DNA of 32,274 nucleotides, from assembly GCA_000934665.2 (NCBI GenBank), contig JYFJ02004426.1, positions 1 to 32,274 on the forward strand. The letters run 5' to 3'. The notes beneath the pieces were generated by a model. The model searched no databases and was not told where the DNA came from. It saw only the letters and a list, made by a program, of their open reading frames with translations. Positions within the stretch are counted from its first letter, which is position 1. The number at the start of each line of letters is the position of its first letter. Below, in pieces: positions 1 to 10,583 of this stretch. Made by a program: the position numbers and the translations under genes. Source of the stretch: Catajapyx aquilonaris. Its lineage: Eukaryota.

Positions 1-107
1 GCAGAAGAGATCCGTCGCTGGGTCGTCCGCGTCACTCACTCAATTTGTAAACAGTGGCAACAATGGAAGCAGTCTCCATGGGCTGATGTTTGAATTGGCC
101 CGCCGGA

Positions 108-196
108 CAGGGTTGCCAGGTAACGCACTACAACATAAGCAGCTTAGGTCTAATTTGTCAATAGCTGTTCGGACAAAAAAGTTGGACCACCCTGTA
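108..196. mobile_element. Probable right end of a Tc1/mariner-type non-autonomous DNA transposon
   Basis: Ends in GGACCACCCTG followed by TA (195-196), the reverse complement of the TA|CAGGGTG terminus common to mariner-family elements. No partner end identified, so the left boundary is arbitrary. Confidence 0.35.
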
Positions 197-294
197 TAGT
201 GTATGCAACAACCAGTAACAACCCGCAGTATTATAATTTAGTTGTTATTGCAACAAAATAATATAGTGTATGCAACAAATATAGTGTATGCAAC
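196..294 (+). repeat. Three copies of ATAGTGTATGCAAC
   Basis: Exact 14-mer at 196-209, 263-276 and 281-294; the last two are tandem with an 18-bp period. Confidence 0.85.
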
Positions 295-295
295 G

Positions 296-618
296 GTATG
301 CAATGTTCTCCGGACGAGTCAACTTCCTGTAGGCTACATTCTGACAGGTGGGAATGTGAGGATGAAGTCATCAGATGCACAGGGAGAAATAATTTTAATA
401 TCATCCGTGCGGACTTTGTGGTTACGATATACTTGTAGCAGGATGTGAACGTGTGACTACGACGCGAGCTGGCTTTGAGGACACGGACTTTCGACCCCCG
501 ACACGACGCCATAACCCTCCGCATTGAAGCACGACATCAAGGACACTCTCATTGTTATTATCAGTCTTTACGGTACATTGTGTGGTCTCTATACCTTGAC
601 CCTTGGACAGAAAGCTAT
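296..618 (+). repeat. Diverged ~320-bp dispersed repeat, copy A (copy B inverted at 17655-17978)
   Basis: Collinear shared blocks GTATGCAATGTTCTCC, GAATGTGAGGATGAAGTCATCAG, GGACTTTCGACCCCCGACAC, ATTGTTATTATCAGTCTT and GACCCTTGGACAGAAAGCTAT match the reverse complement of 17655-17978. Confidence 0.85.
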
Positions 619-735
619 TAATAAACTATAGGTGTCCAAAAAGTTGAAAATGATATGCCCACTGCACCGCAATAGACTTTATAATTATATAATTGATATT
701 AGGGAGGTTAAGGATAGGGAAGGAAGGAACCTTAC

Positions 736-810
736 CCTCCACACCTTTGTCGCACCAACAGGCACCGACATGCACCATTCAACCATGCAAACCAAGACAA
801 AAAGTCCAGC
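736..810 (-). CDS. Possible isolated 75-bp exon encoding a hydrophobic, signal-peptide-like segment (AGLFVLVCMVEWCMSVPVGATKVWR)
   Basis: Flanked on the minus strand by a TTCACAG acceptor and GTAAGG donor and open in phase 0; no partner exons identified. Confidence 0.25.
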
Positions 811-2112
811 CTGTGAAGTAGATAATTCCCATAACATATTATATCTTAATGTTGCCAGAATGCGGCGCGGTGTTGCCCGATTGATGTTTTCATAATGGCC
901 GGTGCGGCCATTATGACATTGTTGCCTATGGGAGTTTCCGTTTGACCCTGTCCGCTGGCTCATCCAACCCCCCCCCCCCNCAACCGTTGGTATCCGGATG
1001 CTTAATTAATTAAACGGCGGAATTTGGCGAGTTACTTAAAAAGCAAGCGATTATAGAAAACGCCAAAGAACCAAATATTAGAACCACACGCAAAAGTTCT
1101 CACCAGTTAGATATTGCACACGTGTTATCTCCAGCACTCCGCAAAAAAAAAAGAATTACCGGCATTTTAAAAACACGAAAGGTCGAAACTCGCATGATCG
1201 AAGGAAATAAAATCTCACTTCCTTTTGTGACCGTTTAAACATAGTCTACCTAGAAACACAAATTGAAGGTGAAATTTTCCATCCCATTTCGGCCCATCTC
1301 ACTCGTGAGAACGTACTTAACCCTTCTAAAACTCACGTTTATCTTTGATTGTCTTAGGGTTAATAAGACACTGGTAAGGTAGGTGCTGGCTGATGTGCTG
1401 CTTGTCGAATCTTCAGCACTGTCAGATGAGGAGTCGCCTCAAGCCGTCAATCGCCACACCGCCTGAACAATGCCACTCCTGGAGATGAATTGCTTCCTTA
1501 CTTCGACTGAAGTGCTAACCAATGGCGCACGAGGAAACTAGTCCCGCAGACAGCCAACAGAGGAGCTGCTACCGACCTGCCTCTAACTGATGGTTTGTTT
1601 TATTCTACATGCGTGGGGTGCAAAGCAATATAAGAGTCGACCCGTCCCATAGTATTATAATTTAGTTGTTATTGCAAAAATTCTTGCGTAGCAATTAGGT
1701 GTTGATCACTACTTGCATACGTGACAGACATGACGGTGACCTGCAAGGGCGTGCAAGGGCGAGTGTAAGTCACCCCCCAAATATGGTAATGTGATGTGAT
1801 GCCTCCAGACGAAAAGGAGATAAGGTGTTGATTCTTTTTTGCTGCTAGTCTGATTCCAGCGGCCAGGCTCGGATTCACTTCCTCTATGAATAAATGGCCA
1901 GTAAACATTCCCTACATGTTTGGTGTGTTGCGAATTTCCCAGGCTCAGAAATTACAGTCTACTTTTATATTCTGCACTGCATGAAAATTGAGCTGCCCCT
2001 GCCCCCAATCGTCCTCAACCAATAATTTGCAGAGTTTTCTTTATTTATTTTACAGCAATGATGATTTCTCCAAGAACCAGTTATACCCTATCCAGTGTCC
2101 TGAAGGTACACA

Positions 2113-2460
2113 AGATTGGCAAATCACGCGAGCATGATTCGAGTAGACCTTTTCTCATTACCAAGGAAATTCAAATAGGACAACAACGACATAGAACTTT
2201 GTCAGTCTCATTTATCGTTTCCAAGGAACACAAGGACACCCGCCTGTGGACTTGAACTTGGCAGATAGAGTGAACCCAGAAAGCCGGAAGTGGCCGGTCA
2301 CCGGAAGTTGACCATGAAAACCTATTTAGGGTCCGCTGAATCCGAATCCGAAAACCACTTGTCGCTATCTCTTGCGGTTTAGGCTGATACGAGCGGTTTT
2401 TGACGGCAATGATAATAATCTGCCGTCAAAAAACGCAATTTTCCAGGAATGGCACCTCCA
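2113..2460. mobile_element. Helentron/DINE-like repeat fragments
   Basis: AGATTGGCAAATCACG.GAGC.TGATT.GAGTAGAC (from ~2113) recurs at ~18620-18660 and GATAGAGTGAACCC (~2264) recurs at ~18948. Family assignment is inferred from the 18831-19079 copy; the right boundary is approximate. Confidence 0.4.
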
Positions 2461-2799
2461 TCCTTATCCCATGGCAACTCTCATGCCCGGTTGCACCAAA
2501 AATCCACCTCGCTGCCTTACAGCTCCCAATAGCAAACGGCCGTTACCGGTTACAGACACCTTTAGGAGATACGGGTTGCACATGTCCCTCTTTCCCCCTC
2601 CTGCAACTAACGGAGCGGTAACATGCAGAGTTGTCAAATCGGCAAATCTGAAAGCCATATCATTGGCCGATTTGGTCCATGGCGTAATGATCTGACGTCT
2701 GCATGGGATTTTACTGCCGCCAAATTCACTTGCGAGGCCAAGCTGCGTTGAACCTGCCTTTGCACAGAAATAAAACCAATGACATTGGGAATAGATGTT

Positions 2800-3033
2800 T
2801 TATTCAAACAGGCGAATGATTGCGTCCCTCACGTTTGTACCACCCTGGGGAACATTGCTTGGGGGTGGGGTCACATCGGGGTCCTCGAAATCAACCATGA
2901 CACCTTGTCGACGCAACTGATCAATGAATTCCGTGAGCTCCACGTCTTCAGGTGGTTCCTCTTCCCCCAAAATGGATGCTAGGTTGTGCAGAACCGCAGC
3001 AGCAGCAACCACAGGGGGAATCCTCTTCAGTTT
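2800..3033 (-). mobile_element. PIF/Harbinger (HARBI1-like) transposase C-terminal fragment
   Basis: Translation KLKRIPPVVAAAAVLHNLASILGEEEPPED...GGTNVRDAIIRLFE* matches the Harbinger C-terminal pattern (IxACxVLHN, acidic stretch, GxxVRxxLI). The catalytic region upstream is absent. Confidence 0.8.
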
Positions 3034-3346
3034 AATTAATTTGGAAATTATTCGTATTTCCATCTGAATTCCATAGATCGATTTCATCCCGAAATTTGGT
3101 ACATTTTGAAATGAAAACAAGCAATTTCAAGTACATTTTGTTAACATCTTACTTAACTCTGTTAGAGGTAAGGATGTGATAAACCACAAGTTAATTTAAT
3201 TCATGTAGGGTTATTGCCAATCAAAGTCAATTGAATCCCATTCATCAATTTGGAATTACGTCCGAATTAATTCAAATCCGAATTGATTTCTGCCTTTAAG
3301 CATTTATCGAAAATACAAAACATGATGTGCCATTTTCTACTTGTAG

Positions 3347-4720
3347 CCTTGTCGCTTCAGAGCTGTGGATCCAATAAAAAGATTACTGCGCTTGAAGGCT
3401 ACAAATTTCAACCCGAAAGACACCACTACTGTAGTGACCAACTACTATCATGTCGGCTCCTTGACGCCTGAGTCATACACAATGCTGAGCATGTTGGCGG
3501 TGAGAAAACTGCATGGATCACCTTTCTTCTTTGTTGCACTCATATTGTGCAGTAGTAATGCAAAGATGTAAGTTGTATTTTCAGATCCTTCTAAACTACG
3601 TGGAGTGTGCCAAAGTCCTCCGGACTGGATTTCACCAGGGCTTCTTGATTGAGGCCAGGAAAGTGAATCACCACAATGTCTACGGCTCGCTCCTCCTGAC
3701 CGTGGCGAGCAAAGCTTCATTGTTTTCAACAACATACTTTGACGATTATCTAGAATCTAGATGAATATCTGGAAGGTTCTGCCTCTTGCCTTGAACGTAT
3801 CCCAGACAATGTCGTTTATCAGGCCAACAAGGACGTGATAGATCGTGCACCCCCAATTATCACTTCTGCCCTACGAGCTGGCGCATCCCAGCATGCAGAT
3901 GTACGATTTATCATACTAAGTTCAGTAGTGAATTGAATGGTATTATTTCTCATTGTAATGTTCAATTTTTTACCAAGGAAAACGCCATGATGGGAGTAAC
4001 CGCTGAGGCCATTGTCAATTGGTCTAAAGAGTACTTTGTTAAGAAGTCCAGTATGAACTTCCGCAAAATCAGCATTCAGGTAAGACAACGTTGCTGTGCT
4101 TGATGATCCCTTTGCGCATCTATTGCTGTAATATTGCATTTATTCCCAAGATTGCTGGGAATCCTGAATCTCCAGTCTCAAATACCCAACCTCAACTGGC
4201 TGCAGGGCCAGGATCCAATGTTGATGCTCCTGGCACGTACAAAATTTTACGGTCTTGTTTGAAGCACCTTCCGGGATACCTGCAAACCCCTTCCAACTGC
4301 AGTGAGTTATTCACGTCTAGTAGCCTATAAGTAGAACCAAGAGCTAATATGTAGAACCACCTTAAATGAGATATCCTGACTTTGCAGTTTACTACAGGGA
4401 ACCTGATTAGCATGTGATCCAAACCAACAATATAAGATAGAATCAGGTGTTCCTTTTTTAGCCAGACTGCTTGGCCCTAGAACCACGTGTTCCTAACAGT
4501 AAGGCATTATGGTTGTAGTGCATAAATGGGTTACTTTTGTGATACATGCGTTTAGGCCTACTTCCTTGTTATCTACCTCTAAACCTGTAGACTATCTCCT
4601 AAAATTCATATTAAGTGAGTTCCGCAATTATTTAAGTGCTACTTTTCTTTGATTTCAGGCAAGCAGAAGTATGATACTGAGGCCAAATACGTCACCGAAA
4701 TTGTTCCGGAGATGGAGTAG
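3347..4720 (+). pseudogene. NRDC: Nardilysin-like (M16A/insulinase family) C-terminal exons with a frameshift; exons 3347-3499, 3585-3900, 3978-4079, 4151-4301, 4659-4720
   Basis: Canonical GT-AG introns with compatible phases once 7 bp are removed. Peptides NFNPKDTTTVVTNYYHVG, LRTGFHQGF, LLLTVASKASLFSTTYFDDYL and AIVNWSKEY...NFRKISIQ|IAGNP follow the order of nardilysin C-terminal motifs. Premature TGA at 3762-3764; AATAAA at 4805-4810. Confidence 0.75.
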
Positions 4721-6335
4721 TCCACATTAGAGGTGCCATCAGGTTGAGCTCAAGAATCATGGAAGTTGGCTTATTCATAAAGACCTATCATCCGTGCCTT
4801 CAGCAATAAAAATATCAATCAACAGTTCAAAATGCAGAGATCCCTATGATGTACAGCACCAATATGCTATAAAATTAACCTAGTTATCATCTACCAACAG
4901 GTTTTGACACTAACTGGACTGCATATTGCTGTGCCAGCAGCATGATATAGTGGTTATAGTCTATTTACTTTGGGTAACCTAAATATTTCTCACAAATCAC
5001 AACATGGTTTCTGTGAAGCTTTTTGGTTACTCTGACAAGAGAAAAAGTAATTTTCTAATAACAAGAAGTGGAAAAAATAAACTTCAGAAATGGTGACATC
5101 AGAATAATTATATTGTTCCCCCCTGAGAAAAAAAAAAACTGTAAAAAAAATAGAGAGACTGCTGACCTTGACTTCCTGATTCCACCATGGAGGGATAACC
5201 TCAAACCTCGTCAACATAATTATCCTACTCCAAAATTTGCTGATGGAGCAAAACGGATGCCAGTTTTGGAATCAGCGCCACAGATCTACCCTAAAATCAA
5301 TCTAACCTTCAAGGCAACAAAATGTGTGTTGACCAGTGTTATGGTTCAAAAGAAAGCATCTCACACTAGTGACAGTACTATGGAAAAAATGGCAGCAGGA
5401 TAGGAACAACGGGCTGCTTTGTCCAAATACTCGTATGCCAAGTGACAAAGTCACAATTTTTATTGCATATACAAGAAACCAACAAATGAAGAAAAACAAT
5501 GTCGAGTTGTGCAGACATCTCCCAACTAGAATGTGGGCATCATTGTGTATGACTTTACTCCAGACAATTCTACCTGCATCACTCTCCGTGCTACCCTCAA
5601 GATGAGCAGGAACCAAAAAGCAAGGTTTCAAAACCATTACAGCACCTTTTCTTTAACGTAAATAAAACCAAATGTGCTTACTCAATGCAACAAAGCATGT
5701 CCTTCCCACTCTCACACAGGACCCTCCCTTGCATAACCTGGCTTTCCTATGTCAAACTGTTTCCTTCCTTCCTGCATTATTCGAAAAACCCGCACTTAGA
5801 GCAGCTGCTTCACATCTGTCTTCTTGGAACCAGGTGCTTTCAAACATGCAGCACCCAGTGTGTATGGTTAAGAGTCACCATTCGGGATATTTTTATTGGG
5901 TAGGTTACAAGGTCAGCAGGTATTCATAACAATGGAAGCATCAGGTAGCAAAGAGGTTTAGCTACAGAGGGTGGGAACCAAACAAATCAATGGCTCGGAA
6001 TCTATACTAGGCTAGCAGAGTGCAGTAAGGGAGGTCAAGAGTGCACAAAATAATTAACAATAGTAGAGGCACAAAATAATGCCAAAATTCAAAAAAAAAA
6101 AGGAAAGGGAAGCATGTCAAGTTTTTCTTTGCATCTCCTTCCGTATATGAAAAATAAGTTCAGAGTGAGGACAAGCTGAGAAGGCAATGAGAACCACAGG
6201 ATATGAATTGGGGAGAAGGCGCAAAGGGAGGGGAACACTATTGTAGTATACGTACAGCGTAAGTCCTGCGGGTGCACAGAAGGTGATGGGATGGCTGGCT
6301 GGTTCACTTGAATCCCAATCAAATGGCGTTGGGCA

Positions 6336-6495
6336 TTAAAAGGTGCTTCCTTCAGGTGGCTGTGACAACTTAATGTTCTCCTTGACTGTCATTAGTCGGC
6401 GGAGCTCTTGGAGCACGGTTTTCATGATGTGGTCTCGCTGCCACCTGGCCAGCAATATGGGAACACACTCAACACAGTACATGGGTTCGGGGTTT
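6336..6495 (-). CDS. UBE2V: Terminal exon resembling the C-terminus of ubiquitin-conjugating enzyme E2 variant (UBE2V/Uev1A/MMS2)
   Basis: Translates to NPEPMYCVECVPILLARWQRDHIMKTVLQELRRLMTVKENIKLSQPPEGSTF*, matching the UEV tail LAxW...IKxxLQELRRLMxxKENxKLxQPPEG. Not in the ORF track; TACAG acceptor ends at 6496. Confidence 0.88.
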
Positions 6496-9400
6496 CTGTA
6501 ATTGGTACCGTGCATATGTGAAGAGTGTCATCCCCTTAGGGAAAGCAGTCATAAAAGTCGCTAGCTTATAAACATGATTTCAGACCATAATGCTAAAAAC
6601 AAACTTCAGACTAGGTTACTCCTGCAGGCCCCTATGCCATGGGGTAAATGTGCCCTCCACCTTCCTCCCCTCGTAGCCCAGGATGCAGTGAACCTGCTCA
6701 TGATTTTCGCTCATCTTCACCACCTGAGCACGGACCATCATACCTTCCATCCAGGTGACCCCCTGTTTTAGATCACACCTGGCCCCGTGCCCCGGTAACC
6801 TCCTGAACTCCACAGGCATTTCAGCTACCTCTGCTCCATTCATCACCTTCTCTTTGCAAGTATCAATCACCAGAACGTCCATCAACTCCCCATCCACTTT
6901 CAGGATATACACACGCTCCCAGAAATCTTCTTCTGGTAGCTTTGCAAGCATGATGGTCATCGGTAATGGCTTGCATCGCGGTAAGTTGTGCTTAACTGCA
7001 TCCAGATCTGCCATGTTTTGAAAGACATCCATAGAAGATATAACACTTGCAAGGAAGGCCTCAGTGGTAAGGGCTCTTGTGATAATGACCCTCAGCCGTT
7101 GCCCAGGTGTCACCTGACACAGACTGCTTATTCCCAATCCTTGGAAATGAGACAAGCATTGGTCCATCTCCGTGTGCTGTGAAAAGGGGTGAGCAGAACG
7201 GTTGGATTCGGGATCAGATGCACACCCTTCCTCAGAGTCCTTCATGCCCTTTCCATCTAAGCTCGGCAAGAAGCCTGCAGCATCATTATGCTGGAAATAA
7301 AAATTAAAAGGCAATGTGATGATGTTTGTGACCATTTCACACTGAATTATCTGAGTGTTCTGAAGCATCATTTGACGATTCATAGTGTGATCAATCCATA
7401 ATAAACTCTTACTTTAAAAAAGCAAACAGCCAGTGATTAAGTTCAAACATGTAGCTCAGACAAGATGGGTGTAAAATGCCAAATGAAAGGCTTGCTTATT
7501 CCAGCTGACAACAAAGCAGAAATGCAAATTAATGTTTATCTAAATTGCTGCATTAGGATGGCCATTATTAGGTTGATCAGTGGATAGTGTGTTGCAACTG
7601 ACATCTGCCAGCTTCACATTTGCCTCCTAGCCATGAGAACATACCAGCTTTGCAGAAGCACGAGTGCATGACCCATCACTCGGCATGTGGGAGGCCACTT
7701 CATCATCCCCTCCTGGTGGTTCCTTCCTATCTTGCTTTTCTGCATAAGAGAAGTCAAATCTGTACTTTCACATACCTTACCCAAAAGAATGGATAGTCCT
7801 TGGATCACATAAAAACTACACAATGCAATATTATTTCTTGTAAGCTACCAGTATCTTAAGTCAATGACCATGATGGCCAATGTGAGGGGAAGGTCTAATT
7901 CTTTGGTGATGACATTTCTGTAAGGGCCTTACAGAAATGTCATCACCAAAGAACCAAAGCCTTACAGTAAGGCAGTGCTATAGTATAGAAAAAGTTCACA
8001 ACTACACTGCTGTCCCACCTAGAAAAGGCACATATCTGCACTTTGCAACAAGTTCCTTTGGGCCTTTTGGGTACGAATTCCTCACAGCAAACTTTAAAGT
8101 GGGTTCAGAAGAGTAGGCATCCACATTTCCATCAATGTGAATATGAGTTAACATCTAAACACATGGGACCCCAGTAACTTAAATTTTTTATAATGCACAG
8201 AACAAAAATTTACCAAGGTGCCACAAGATATATTGCTCACATACCAAAATTAAGAAGAAAAAAACACTATTATATTTCCACTGTTGTCATGATTCTCAAG
8301 TGTCTTATGAAATATGGCAAAAGTCATGATTTGTGGTTTATGTTGGTCCCAGGATCTTTCAGTGAGTGGCCCAAATATTTGGAAATAGTTATTGCCTGCC
8401 AAGTACATCGTGAACCAGTGGGTATGGACTTAAAACTGCCAATATATGCCACTTATTAATCAAAATAATTAAGGAAAATGTACCAGTCCTAAAGAAAAAA
8501 TGAGAGCCTTGTCTCACCTTGTTGAACAGTCCCAGTGTCAGCCAGGCATCCAACCTGCTCTCTGCCATCTGAGGGTATAAACTCCTGAAAAGAAAATGTG
8601 TTTTCAATCTCGTTATTGTTGCACTCACCTCATGTTCACCCTAAGCATGCTAATCCAGAAACACTCGGCCTCTAAAAATGATAAATTTGATATTCAATAT
8701 TCCTTTATTTACCCAAGACTTGGCCATTGAAACTTACAGGAAGCACACCAAAAATATTGTGGGTTAGTCTGCTGAATAGGACAAGGTAACTGGGCATTAT
8801 GAGATCTTAACTCAAAAAGTAGGATGGATACTGGTGTTTAATAGCACATTATTTTAAATGAGCTAAGTAGAATGGTATTGTATTGTTACTAAACATCAAG
8901 AGATATTTTAAAAAGTTTCAGTGATGTATTCATCAACAGTACACCAAGGAAATATCAGTTTTTATAACACTACCAATCCCACTTGCCCTATCCAATTTGG
9001 CTGATTTATTTTCTGAGTGATGCATGCTGGTGTAATGATATACCGGTACTGCACTTCTTTCACTAGCCTAACTCTGATTCTTGCTTGTCAGAATCTCCAT
9101 TTGATGGACTGTGGCATACTGAGGAGCATAATCTTTTCCCATTAGACTAAATAGAGATCAGAATACCTGGAAAAACTCAGATTCTTAATGCATCCAACCT
9201 GATGCAACTGGCAATAATTAATTAAGCAGTTCAAATAATCATTTTTACAGAAAGGTATTGTCCTAATAATGGCAATCTTTAAGTGATATTCCCTGGAAGG
9301 GCTGGTCATGCATAATTATACACCTGGTACACCATGGTGTTAGTGGAAACTTGCCAGAATGATGCCACCTTCCAAACTGCCTTCATTGCATCCCTTGACT

Positions 9401-10533
9401 ATACTGATATAGCAAAGTACAGTGCACTTGAAAAACCATGGTAAAATGCTAATGCAGTACACTAAGACCCTAGTCTGGCTATGCTGGGCAGCATACCCAT
9501 GCATCTTGTGTATCTTTCTTGGATGTCTCTTTGATGAATGTATAAAAGTTTTGTCAACCCATAGTAATAGCAAGAGGTAATAGTTATATTGTGAATACCC
9601 TAATTTCATCTGTTAACCCCGCTCTCGCCTTTGTGCCGTCATTATAATTATAATTATTATTTATTTTTTTACGTTACCCCGTGCTAGGGCCATAGGCCCT
9701 TATAGGGGGGTGGAATACCACCATTTTTCCTTCAATTTTCTGATTTTTTCTTCTAACTCCGGTGCAAGGATGAAAGGACATGAGGTAAGGATATAGGAAT
9801 TTTTGGGGAGGGAACATTGGGGCAAGTGCAATGTCGGTAAAGGGGTCATGTGCTGTTCCCCAGGAGGTTAGGTTGCCAGACACCTCCTTGGTGCAGGTCA
9901 GAGACCCTCCTGACGCAGGTGAAAGGAAAGTTCCCCAGGCGGGGATCGAACCTGGGGCCTTTCACTCAGCAAGCCGAGACGTTACCATCACGGCCACCAC
10001 ACCTCCCCCATTATAATTATTTGCAACATCATATAGGACAGGATGCAGGTCAAGTGCCAAAACATCCTGTCATTAAAAGCCGGCAAGGAAATTCCCAACT
10101 TGAAGCAAATCTCACCTTCTGACTGAATGGTACCTTCAAAATTACAAACCATCTATATTTTTGTGGTTGGATGCTATGCTAAATGCCATATAACGTTAAC
10201 GGGGAGGCGGAGTGGTACTGCGGTAACGTATGCCCCCACGGATGTTAAGGTCCCGGGTTCGATCCCAACCCGGGGACAACCCCTTCATCTCGTGCAGAGT
10301 TCAGGGTCACCTCTGGCTTCGTCTCGGGTGGTATTTCCCCAGACTAAACCACCCGGGGGAGTTCACTAAAAATGGCCACGTTTAAGACATTGCACTGCAC
10401 CTTGCACATCCCCTCCTGTCATCCTGCCCGTGGGCCCGGGCGTTACGTATAAAGGTTCCAATAAATTATGTACGAGACATAAATAAAGGTCCGTAAGTGC
10501 TATATACCTCCGATGAGGTCAAGTACTACCCGG

Positions 10534-10583
<50 letters not shown>

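Noticed and set aside
968..980. Poly-C/G tracts, some with N (also ~11259-11280, ~18936-18948, ~31589-31616)
   Set aside because: Homopolymers of uncertain length inside repeats; no function can be supported.
5068..5929. Cluster of 70-110 aa ORFs between the two convergent genes
   Set aside because: No recognisable domain, overlapping on both strands, and partly repeat-derived.
9040..9560. Extra candidate exons for the minus-strand chimeric gene
   Set aside because: Several weak acceptor/donor combinations exist, none clearly better, and the ORF closes without them.
9935..10275. tRNA genes suggested by GGTTCGATCC boxes
   Set aside because: No complete cloverleaf; each head runs into a SINE body with tail and TSD.
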